Virus record (IMG/VR): IMGVR_UViG_3300042260_000394
Reading direction: 5' to 3' (one strand)
From: an uncultured virus (IMG/VR IMGVR_UViG_3300042260_000394)
Taxonomy: Duplodnaviria > Heunggongvirae > Uroviricota > Caudoviricetes
DNA: 55,269 bases
Below the pieces are notes generated by a model that saw nothing but the letters and a program-made list of their open reading frames with translations, was not told where the DNA came from and ran no database searches. The stretch's first letter is position 1; each line of letters begins with the position of its first letter. Positions 47,733-55,269 of the stretch are shown in pieces. The position numbers were made by a program, and so were the translations under genes.

Positions 47733-48791
47733 CTCTTTTGTGGCAGTTAACGAACCATCTTCGTTCTGCCACAAAAATCCCCAAGCGTTATTGTAACGTG
47801 TAATGGTCGGCAAGCTCGGCCATTTTGTTTTGTACTTTAGGTATTTCTCATTGGGCCAAATGTCATTGATAAGTTGCTTTGCTGGCAACTTGTACGTATT
47901 CCATTTGCCGCCCACCTTAGCTTCACTTGTGTACAATGCCCACTGTTGGTATTGCTCGCTATCAAAGAAGTTAACAACATTCCCGGCCATGTATTCGGCT
48001 TGCTGTGCCGTTGGTGCATGCATAGCCATGCGGTACTTGACAGCTTGCCACTTCATAGCATAATTCAACCACCATAAGAAATCGTGATTGGTGTTAATAG
48101 GCACTGGGCTTGCTCCAACAAGATCTCGTAGCATTTGCTCGCGTTCTTCTCTGAATGGTTCCTTCTTGTCTAGCAACCAAGGAAGAGACTCGGTTTCCCA
48201 ATCACCATGAATAGCATCAAAGTTGTTGGTGTTATCCATATAGCTTTTTAAAGTTAAGCTACCAAATAAGTTATCGGCACATTCACCAGTAACACATACA
48301 TTGCGTGGGTCACTAACAATATCATAGAACTGATTGCTTGCTAAGAGCCGTGTGCCAAAGTAAGGAAGTACTACTTCATTGAAGAACTCGGGATTCTCTA
48401 ACTGACTATCTTCGTTAATAGCAAGCCACGTTACCTTTTGTAGTTCTGCCCAGTCTGGATGACTAATAAGCAATGATACAATCAGCGTAGAGTCAATGCC
48501 GCCACTTTGAAAAATAACTAGTCGTTCTTTCCCCGGTTCTTTCAACTTGGCAATACAATCATCAATCCTGTTATAGCTTACACCACTAAAAGATGGCGAA
48601 GTAGCAGGGCGTTCGGGGATCGGACTATTGTTGTATATCTCAACTCCAGGAACATCAATAGTGCCTGTACGATCACTTAAACTGATCCATGGGTTAAACA
48701 TTTCAATAAATGTTTTTGTTACAGGATTGATATCTTTTGCTAACGGACTGCGATAAAGTCTGTGGGGAATATAGTATAATAATTTTTTCAT
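47721..48791 (-). CDS. Asparagine-synthetase-like ATP-dependent ligase (synthetase domain only)
   Basis: QSGGIDST PP-loop and VTGECADNLFG (cf. SGEGADELFG of AsnB). Confidence 0.78.
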   Translation of the reverse strand: MKKLLYYIPHRLYRSPLAKDINPVTKTFIEMFNPWISLSDRTGTIDVPGVEIYNNSPIPERPATSPSFSGVSYNRIDDCIAKLKEPGKERLVIFQSGGIDSTLIVSLLISHPDWAELQKVTWLAINEDSQLENPEFFNEVVLPYFGTRLLASNQFYDIVSDPRNVCVTGECADNLFGSLTLKSYMDNTNNFDAIHGDWETESLPWLLDKKEPFREEREQMLRDLVGASPVPINTNHDFLWWLNYAMKWQAVKYRMAMHAPTAQQAEYMAGNVVNFFDSEQYQQWALYTSEAKVGGKWNTYKLPAKQLINDIWPNEKYLKYKTKWPSLPTITRYNNAWGFLWQNEDGSLTATKELDA

Positions 48792-48792
48792 G

Positions 48793-49413
48793 TTACATCA
48801 TCATTGATAAAAACGAATCTTCGTCCATTCGCGCACGTACAACAGCAAATTCTTCTTTGTTCTTTGCGGCACGTATCATGTTTTGAAATCTAATACGCAG
48901 GCGTTCCAACTTGCGGATCAAAAACTTTCTATTGTGGTATTTGTTGACAATAAGTCCAGCCGCAACGTTTATAGTCAATCCAGTTTCTTCAGCATAGTCT
49001 TCAACCATACCAACATCTTCTGTTAAACCATTAATCACATCATTTGCTTGACGATACTTTTCTTCGTATGCTTCATGTTGCCATTCAAACCGTTGTTCAA
49101 ATCGTTTAAAGCCATGTGCTAGTCGTTGCTGTAGTTCTGTTACTAAATTTACACGAGCTTGTAGTTGGTGACTTAAGATTGTAGATTCCATGCTTTTGCG
49201 ATGTGCAATAAATTCTGTATTACGTGGGCCATCAAACTTGAGTTTGAAATCTAAATTGCCCTGCCGTAGTTGCGAAGCATGTAAATCACTTACACCATAA
49301 ATTCTACAAATTGCCTGGAACTCTCCCAAGCAAGCTGATTCAAGTACAGACAAGTCTGTTGCCCATGCTAATACTTCGTTTTCTGCTGTGCAAGCTAACG
49401 CTAACCAATGCAT
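48793..49413 (-). CDS. Hypothetical protein
   Basis: AGGAG RBS and TACATA box upstream (49437-49442); helical C-terminal half. Confidence 0.7.
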   Translation of the reverse strand: MHWLALACTAENEVLAWATDLSVLESACLGEFQAICRIYGVSDLHASQLRQGNLDFKLKFDGPRNTEFIAHRKSMESTILSHQLQARVNLVTELQQRLAHGFKRFEQRFEWQHEAYEEKYRQANDVINGLTEDVGMVEDYAEETGLTINVAAGLIVNKYHNRKFLIRKLERLRIRFQNMIRAAKNKEEFAVVRARMDEDSFLSMMM

Positions 49414-49443
49414 ATCAATAACTCCTATCGTTAATGTATGTAG

Positions 49444-49992
49444 TTAAGAAATTGGTGGTATGTTCTCCAATAGGATGTCTTTGGTAAAGCGAATGCTTAA
49501 CATCAATCTTGGATTGCTACTTTGATTTTCAATGTGGTGTGGAACGTTAATCTTAACAAATGTAGGCTTGTTGATAATTTTAGTAACTGCTATTTTTGGT
49601 TCGCTTTGCCAATTGATCTTGAGATACTTGATCGTTTTAAACGGACTCTTAGTTAAGATGAAATCGCCTTCATACCAATACATTGGACCGTGTTCGCAGT
49701 TTAATATAGGAAGATTTAAGGCAGTATTTGAGGCATTGATGCGGTCAATGTCAAACCCATCAACGTGTAGATCTTGTACAAAGTTAGGTTCATTAATAAA
49801 CATAATGGCTGTTTTGATTTTAACTTTAGTGCCAAGTACCGCTAGGATATCGTGTTCAACTAGCTTTCCAATGTATGCTAGATCGTCGCCTGAGAACACT
49901 GTAGCAGTAGTAAATGCACCATTCCATTTACTACGGCAAAACTTTTGCACCATTGGCCAACTTGGTAAATCTATTTCTTTGAAGTATTCCAT
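49444..49992 (-). CDS. 2OG-Fe(II) oxygenase-like (double-stranded beta-helix) protein
   Basis: LHVDG (HxD), ALNLPI and PHHIEN...RLMLSIRF motifs; start re-called to ATG 49992, preceded by TAAATA-N5. Confidence 0.7.
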   Translation of the reverse strand: MEYFKEIDLPSWPMVQKFCRSKWNGAFTTATVFSGDDLAYIGKLVEHDILAVLGTKVKIKTAIMFINEPNFVQDLHVDGFDIDRINASNTALNLPILNCEHGPMYWYEGDFILTKSPFKTIKYLKINWQSEPKIAVTKIINKPTFVKINVPHHIENQSSNPRLMLSIRFTKDILLENIPPIS

Positions 49993-49997
49993 ACCAA

Positions 49998-50036
49998 TAT
50001 TTATTGGCAACTTAGTGCAGGGAAAATTCATAAGTA
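49998..50036. promoter_or_regulatory. Back-to-back late promoter boxes: TAAATA (minus, 49998-50003) and TAAGTA (plus, 50031-50036)
   Basis: Each box lies exactly 5 nt before its ATG (49992 minus; 50042 plus). Confidence 0.7.
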
Positions 50037-50041
50037 TTAGT

Positions 50042-50500
50042 ATGGAACATATATTTGTATTTTTAGGTTGGACATTGTATCTTTACGTTATACATCGTAT
50101 TATCCACGGTGTTGGCTTAAAGTTTTTCCCTGTGGCGTTTAAGGCGCATGCTGATCATCACAAGTATATCAATACACACGAGCAAACAAAGTGGCACTGG
50201 AATAATTTGTTCTTATTCAACGATACGTGGATGAGTACACTTGACCTGTGGATTACAGAAGTTGTACCTACATTAATCTTTAGTTGGATTACAGGTTACT
50301 GGTGGGTTAGTGTATTTTACTATCTATGGGCCGCATTGATTCAAGAAACAATTGAACACAATCCTAGCTTCGACTTTTATCCATATCTTACAAGTGGTAA
50401 GTGGCACTTGATTCATCATCGAAGTACCACTTACAACTACGGACTATTTTTCCCAATCTGGGATATTTTATTTAAAACTCACAAGCCGCTATCAGTTTAA
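50042..50500 (+). CDS. Sterol desaturase / fatty acid hydroxylase family protein
   Basis: YVIHRIIH, HADHH, WHLIHH and NYGLFFPIWDILFKT motifs. The real start is ATG 50042; the 49532 extension is antisense to another gene. Confidence 0.85.
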   Translation: MEHIFVFLGWTLYLYVIHRIIHGVGLKFFPVAFKAHADHHKYINTHEQTKWHWNNLFLFNDTWMSTLDLWITEVVPTLIFSWITGYWWVSVFYYLWAALIQETIEHNPSFDFYPYLTSGKWHLIHHRSTTYNYGLFFPIWDILFKTHKPLSV

Positions 50501-50504
50501 CACT

Positions 50505-50804
50505 TTACTGGTTAAAGTGTGTAGCTAATAGTGCGCCGACTACTCGCGTGACACGAGTCTTAATAAGATCGCTGTCCATCATAACTTCAAAATCTACAAT
50601 CCTGTCTAGATATTGTTCTAGTTGCTTACTTGCCAAAAGCTCGTTGCTACTTTTAATATCAGACAAGTCTTCCTTCTTAAAGACTACTTCGGTGCCATCA
50701 TTGAGATATACTTTGATCCAGTCAATGTACTCAACTGGAACTTCTTCAACGTGTATCTCACGTAGCATTTCTTCAAAACTACGATCCTTTTTGCGGATGC
50801 TCAT
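50505..50804 (-). CDS. Hypothetical protein
   Basis: 99-aa ORF with GGAG RBS. Confidence 0.7.
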   Translation of the reverse strand: MSIRKKDRSFEEMLREIHVEEVPVEYIDWIKVYLNDGTEVVFKKEDLSDIKSSNELLASKQLEQYLDRIVDFEVMMDSDLIKTRVTRVVGALLATHFNQ

Positions 50805-50847
50805 TTACTACTCCAAAATAATTTTAAACGGTCAAACAATTTTGGTT

Positions 50848-51483
50848 TTAAACTGCTTGTGCTTTTGCTGGACGTCCTCGGCCCCGCTTGACTACTGTTG
50901 ATGTCGCTGTTGATGACTGAGTCGGACTTACGGGGGCGACCGCGGCCGCGCCTTTTGGGTCGAGCTTCTCTGCCTCCTCACGTAGGCGTCTTGCTTCTAA
51001 CTCAAACTGGTTGGCTTGAACACGATACTTGCTTGCAAGCATTTCATCGCTGATAACACCTGGCGGGTTATTAGCTGGTGCTGTAGTTGCAATGTCGCTT
51101 GAGCGTGTGCCAGCCGCAGTTTGTGCATTGACAATTTGTTTCAATTCACGATTCAAATCAACTAGGTTAATAGTAACACCTGGGCGTGGTGTCATTGCTA
51201 CTGACTTAGTTGGGACCTTAACCATCCAACCTTTTTGGTGTAATGTGTTAAGCATATTTGTGCCATCATGAAATACTTGACGGAACAAGTAATCACTTGT
51301 GTCCATTAAGTCTTGGCAGTTTGGATGTTGAATTACTTTGATAAGATCATCGTGGTATAACTGTGGTAGTGTTTCAGTCGGGATGATCAATGCTGAATCA
51401 GGGTCGCCGGGTAGTTCGCGAAATACCACAACGCATTTCTTCCCTTGTCCGTTGACTCCAACATGTTTAATGAATTGTGCCAT
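50848..51483 (-). CDS. Hypothetical protein with C-terminal AT-hook-like motif
   Basis: AAGGAG RBS; IKHVG N-terminus; KRGRGRPAK tail. Confidence 0.75.
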   Translation of the reverse strand: MAQFIKHVGVNGQGKKCVVVFRELPGDPDSALIIPTETLPQLYHDDLIKVIQHPNCQDLMDTSDYLFRQVFHDGTNMLNTLHQKGWMVKVPTKSVAMTPRPGVTINLVDLNRELKQIVNAQTAAGTRSSDIATTAPANNPPGVISDEMLASKYRVQANQFELEARRLREEAEKLDPKGAAAVAPVSPTQSSTATSTVVKRGRGRPAKAQAV

Positions 51484-51500
51484 GTGGTATCTCCTTAAAT

Positions 51501-51743
51501 TTACTCAGCCGCCGCGTCTGCGGTAACTTCAGCACCTTCAGCAGGCGCCGTTGCTGGTTCATTGGCCTTTAAAAAGCTGGCTAACTTATTGTAAGTTGCA
51601 CCAATGATTTCCATTTCGCCTGCACGGTATCCACCACGCTGGCTTGCTAACTCAATTGCACCAGCAAGAATCTTCATGTCTTGCAGTGTTAAGCCGACTG
51701 GTTGTGCTTGTTCTTGAGCTTGAGCTTGTTCTTGTTGTTCCAT
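51501..51743 (-). CDS. Hypothetical protein
   Basis: AGGAG RBS; LTLQD...IELASQRGGYRAGEM...YNKL; TAAGTA box at 51784-51789. Confidence 0.75.
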   Translation of the reverse strand: MEQQEQAQAQEQAQPVGLTLQDMKILAGAIELASQRGGYRAGEMEIIGATYNKLASFLKANEPATAPAEGAEVTADAAAE

Positions 51744-51830
51744 TAATATCTCCTAGGTTAAAAAGATGGAAGTCTTCCGCAAATACTTATAGCACAAAAT
51801 GCCTGGGTGTGTAGCCAAAAAAGTACGTGC

Positions 51831-52703
51831 TTACACGGAGATGATTCTTATTGTTTTGCGGTCTTGTTCGTGCCTGCATTGGTTAACAGTGCATGCAAAC
51901 GGTGCGTTAGGTGGTTGCCAATTAGGATCAAATGCATTATAGTGTTCGTTCCTACCACCGCATTGACTGTATGACACAAAGCCCTTATGTCCAATGTGCA
52001 ACCAATCAACGCCAGCATAACACGGCATACCGGTATAGACTGGGTCTGTGTTGTTAGCAATGCTTAGGTCTATGTATCTTGGATCCGGGGAGTTTGGATC
52101 AAACACGACCGTTTCAGGTACATAGTCATCTGGCCGACCAAAGATTCTATTAGCATCAACTGTACTGTACCCTCGATGCAATTCGCCGTCGGCGTCGTGT
52201 AGTACTTGTTCAATGCATGTGTACCCTCGATCTAAAAACTGTTTAACTCGTTCTCGTGATTCGTTTATGCCACCTGGTACCAACGGAACAACAATAGATG
52301 CACTTACATTTTTCTCTGCACATTGTTCAAGTATAAAGTCAAACACATCATCATTTTGCCATGAATGGTATGTAAGCTCGACAGCATCTAAGAAATTGAT
52401 TACACCATACAACGAAAACCAAGTGTCGTCCCCACTAGTGTCTAATCTAACAATACAAGGCTTTTCTTTCATCTTCTTTAGTACTGCACTAAGATGAGGA
52501 AAGTGTAATGGCTCGCCTCCGCCAATCTTCCAGTATATTTTATCGTGGTGACTGTATCGTGTGTCTTGTAGTTTTTCTATAATAGATAGATACTGCTCAA
52601 GTGATCGATCTAAGCTACCATTTTTAAATTGAGGCTGGCAATACGAACATTGGAACTTACAATGTGAATTCAGCATCCAGGTAACTTCAGCATATTCTAT
52701 CAT
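51831..52703 (-). CDS. Radical SAM enzyme with C-terminal Cys-rich (SPASM/twitch-like) domain
   Basis: CKFQCSYC (CxxxCxxC), GGGEP and CYAG...C...C...C motifs; start re-called to ATG 52703. Confidence 0.88.
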   Translation of the reverse strand: MIEYAEVTWMLNSHCKFQCSYCQPQFKNGSLDRSLEQYLSIIEKLQDTRYSHHDKIYWKIGGGEPLHFPHLSAVLKKMKEKPCIVRLDTSGDDTWFSLYGVINFLDAVELTYHSWQNDDVFDFILEQCAEKNVSASIVVPLVPGGINESRERVKQFLDRGYTCIEQVLHDADGELHRGYSTVDANRIFGRPDDYVPETVVFDPNSPDPRYIDLSIANNTDPVYTGMPCYAGVDWLHIGHKGFVSYSQCGGRNEHYNAFDPNWQPPNAPFACTVNQCRHEQDRKTIRIISV

Positions 52704-52708
52704 ACACT

Positions 52709-52714
52709 TATTTA
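52709..52714 (-). promoter_or_regulatory. Late promoter box TAAATA, 5 nt before radical SAM ATG
   Basis: Minus strand reads tTAAATAagtgtATG, immediately downstream of a terminator. Confidence 0.7.
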
Positions 52715-52722
52715 ACAGGCCC

Positions 52723-52748
52723 AAAAAAAACGCACCCTAAGGTGCGTT
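52723..52748 (-). terminator. Rho-independent terminator after the VWA gene
   Basis: Minus strand AACGCACC-TTAG-GGTGCG followed by T8. Confidence 0.85.
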
Positions 52749-52768
52749 AAAAGGAGCCCACTGCAAAA

Positions 52769-53971
52769 TTAGTGTTTAGGCGGCACGTAGTTAGCAGTAA
52801 TGCCAAACGGTGCTGTAATAGTATTGCTACCATGCACAACAAACAACGTGTCGCAATAGTCTGGGTCGCCCCAGCTACCAAACGGATAGCCGTCTGTGAA
52901 TACCACAAGTTGATGCGGTTGAACATCGTTGCGCTTCATCCATTGCCAGATGCAAGTAAAGTCAGTGCCACCACCACCTTGGATGTTGTATTCACCCATG
53001 CTTCGACCGTCATCACCTGTAAAGGTATCTTCGTTGTAAACATCAGTGTCAAATGTAATTACTCGCACCTTGTAAGATGTAAACTGATCTAAGCTACCTT
53101 GCACCATACCCAAGAAGTCCGACAGCATGCGATCGCAAATAGAACCAGATGCGTCCAGTGCAACAACAATGTCAAGTTCTTCGCCGGGCAATTGTCCGGG
53201 CATAACTGCACCAGTATGCCATGCCTTACGGTTGGGACGCATCCAAGTGTAGTCGCTCTTGACACTGCCAGAGAACTGAATACGCAACAAGTCCTTCAAG
53301 TCCATAACAGGGGCAGTGATGTCTTTAACAAGACGCTCAATGTCACCAGGAGTGTTACCTGCACCTGCACTCTTTGCGGCTTGAATAACAGCTTCACGCC
53401 ATTCGTCACGCAAGGCTTTCTTTTCTTCTTCAGTCAGCTTCTTGAACTTGGGCTTGCCTTTGCCGTTACCTTCTTGGTCTCCATCGCCGTCGCCAGAGCC
53501 TTCGCCTTCGCCGTCCATTTCCAAGTGCTCGTCAAAAGGCATCTTGATAACTGTAGCATTGGCCATCAAGTCATCATATACTTCGTCGGCAGTCATACCT
53601 TCGTACTTGCGATCTGCCAAAATGTCAACAGCAGTGATTCGTGTGCCAACGTTTTCGCGAATCAACATGTTATTGATAACAAAGTCACCAGCCATGTTCC
53701 ACACACCGGGTTCGCGACTGCCACGGCGCACCATATGATCAAAGATAATGTGGCCAAGTTCATGTGCAAAACCAAACACCAATTCGCCATCGCTCAACTT
53801 CTGAACAAAGTCTTTATTGTAGTAGAACTTGCGACCGTCTGTGGCAATAGTTTTGCACCACTCAACTTCTTCTAGTTTAAGGCGAGCTGCCAATGGACCC
53901 CAAAAGGGATACTTGAGCAACATACTAACACGGCTCTTAATTAAACGATCTTTTGCGGGCATTTTTGACAT
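52769..53971 (-). CDS. Metallopeptidase-like + VWA domain protein (DUF2201-type)
   Basis: ATDG, HELGH (HExxH), DASGS MIDAS, GGGGTDF and FTDG motifs. Confidence 0.9.
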   Translation of the reverse strand: MSKMPAKDRLIKSRVSMLLKYPFWGPLAARLKLEEVEWCKTIATDGRKFYYNKDFVQKLSDGELVFGFAHELGHIIFDHMVRRGSREPGVWNMAGDFVINNMLIRENVGTRITAVDILADRKYEGMTADEVYDDLMANATVIKMPFDEHLEMDGEGEGSGDGDGDQEGNGKGKPKFKKLTEEEKKALRDEWREAVIQAAKSAGAGNTPGDIERLVKDITAPVMDLKDLLRIQFSGSVKSDYTWMRPNRKAWHTGAVMPGQLPGEELDIVVALDASGSICDRMLSDFLGMVQGSLDQFTSYKVRVITFDTDVYNEDTFTGDDGRSMGEYNIQGGGGTDFTCIWQWMKRNDVQPHQLVVFTDGYPFGSWGDPDYCDTLFVVHGSNTITAPFGITANYVPPKH

Positions 53972-54003
53972 TGTGGCTCCTAAATTTCTTACTGTATGTA
54001 TCT

Positions 54004-54032
54004 ATTATACTAGGATTTTGGCTCTTGGTCAA
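54004..54032 (-). promoter_or_regulatory. Sigma70-type early promoter
   Basis: TTGACC-N17-TATAAT upstream of the VWA gene. Confidence 0.85.
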
Positions 54033-54306
54033 CCGGTTTTTCTGTTGTATTTTTGCTACAAGTCAGGTCCCAAAGCATGGCAACTTCTGGGTCTCTGAAC
54101 CAAATTTGTTGTTTTGGGACAAAATCCCAATCCAAACGCTTCAGGCCTTGTTGCCTACACCAAGCGGTAACTTCATTGACAGTTGTGACTCTAGATAAGG
54201 AACGAGAGGACCAGTGTTTCCTTTGTTTCTGGAGCCACTCAGCAACATCAGAAGGGGTTGGTACCTGGTCCTCTCGTATCAGTGAGTAATCCGGACCATA
54301 TAGCAT
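54010..54306 (-). CDS. Hypothetical protein
   Basis: Fills the gap between the AAA and VWA genes; Trp-rich; start re-called to ATG 54306. Confidence 0.55.
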   Translation of the reverse strand: MLYGPDYSLIREDQVPTPSDVAEWLQKQRKHWSSRSLSRVTTVNEVTAWCRQQGLKRLDWDFVPKQQIWFRDPEVAMLWDLTCSKNTTEKPVDQEPKS

Positions 54307-54331
54307 TTCTGCTATGTCCGGATTACGTAGC

Positions 54332-55269
54332 TTACTCGTCTGTGAGCAAGTTGGCATAACGCTTGAAGAACTCAGGGAAGTTAGTCATCTTCTTGCGATC
54401 GAAAACTACCTTGTAAGACTTCAACACTGTATGGGCACCCATGATAACCATTTCTGGTTCAAAGTTCGCCATCATAAAGCCAAGCCAGTTGTCTGCGTTC
54501 TTGTTGAACTCGTCCAACTTACCTGCTCGCTTGCCTGCTTCATAACGTGTACGAAGTTCGTAGCTCAAGCTAGTGACCAGAGCGTATGCGGCAGACACTT
54601 CCTTGCTCTTGAAGGTGGTAACTTTGCCACTCAACACATCTGCAGGGTCAGGCAAGTCTGCGGCATGCTTGCGGTGTGCCATAAACTTAATTGCCATACC
54701 CTCACCAACCAAGCCCGACACCATGTCAGTATTGGCACTGTCTGGCATGTCGTCATCAATCATGTCGCTTACGAAACTCCAGGTACGTGGAGTACTGAAA
54801 GCGCGATCGTGTTGCGTAGGATCAAAGTTGTACAGGTCACCTTTGAACTGCTTCAAGAAGCCAACCACGTGTGGATGGATCTCGTTCATGATAGCCCATT
54901 GTTCCCAGTCCTCGAAGTCCACACGGATCTCCAAGTGCATGAAGCGGTTAGCCAGCGGGCTAGGCATACGGTATGTAACACCTTTATCGCCCATACGGTT
55001 ACCTGCGGCAATCATAACCACGTTATCAGGCAGTTGATACTGGCCCACCTTACGGTTCAGAATCAGCTGGTAAGCCGCGGCTTGAACAGCAGGAGGAGCA
55101 GAGTTCAGTTCGTCCAAGAACAAGAACACCACATCGTGTTGCGCCGCAAACTCAGCGGTAGGCAGTTCGGAAGGAGTAGCCCACTTCATAGTGTTGTCGC
55201 CAGCACTGTAATAAGGAACACCCTTAATGTCAGTAGGGTCCATCAATGCCATACGCAAATCTACAACGG
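54332..55269 (-). CDS. MoxR-type AAA+ ATPase, 5' end outside the window
   Basis: VVDLRMALMDPTDIKG, FLDELN Walker B, AAGNR, LANRF and TPRTW motifs; the frame stays open to the right edge. Confidence 0.92.
   Translation of the reverse strand, partial: VVDLRMALMDPTDIKGVPYYSAGDNTMKWATPSELPTAEFAAQHDVVFLFLDELNSAPPAVQAAAYQLILNRKVGQYQLPDNVVMIAAGNRMGDKGVTYRMPSPLANRFMHLEIRVDFEDWEQWAIMNEIHPHVVGFLKQFKGDLYNFDPTQHDRAFSTPRTWSFVSDMIDDDMPDSANTDMVSGLVGEGMAIKFMAHRKHAADLPDPADVLSGKVTTFKSKEVSAAYALVTSLSYELRTRYEAGKRAGKLDEFNKNADNWLGFMMANFEPEMVIMGAHTVLKSYKVVFDRKKMTNFPEFFKRYANLLTDE

Noticed and set aside
49532..50041. N-terminal 170 aa of the 322-aa ORF 49532-50500
   Set aside because: Antisense to the oxygenase gene; the desaturase-family sequence begins at ATG 50042 behind a late box.
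1..55269. Alternative genetic code / stop-codon reassignment
   Set aside because: Known genes translate full length and pack tightly under code 11.

Overview
This is a fragment of a large T4-like (contractile-tailed, probably jumbo) bacteriophage genome in standard genetic code 11. From left to right it contains: (1) a minus-strand head module (gp23 major capsid running off the left edge, gp22 scaffold, gp21 protease, acidic core protein, gp20 portal) and a tape measure; (2) a divergent gp26/gp51-like pair joined by an apparent -1 ribosomal frameshift; (3) a ~630-nt hairpin-rich non-coding region directly downstream of a minimal GIY-YIG nuclease; (4) a sigma70-driven operon (gp55 late sigma, MazG-like, gp47, gp46, Hc1-like); (5) a long late baseplate/tail operon (cytidyltransferase-like, gp48/54, gp53, hub, gp5-lysozyme, gp25, gp6, 2900-aa wedge, fibres, one carrying a (YGG)16 tract); (6) a ~16-kb block of tailoring enzymes (glycosyltransferases, methyltransferase, two 2OG-Fe(II) oxygenases, GNAT-like proteins, two asparagine-synthetase-like ATP ligases, two membrane desaturase/hydroxylases, radical SAM) interrupted by thyX; and (7) a MoxR AAA ATPase/metallopeptidase-VWA pair. 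A recurrent TA(A/C)(A/G)TA late-promoter box, often exactly 5 nt before an ATG, also precedes the tailoring enzymes, which suggests a late-expressed virion-modification system. All family assignments are by motif recognition and gene context only; no database search was run.
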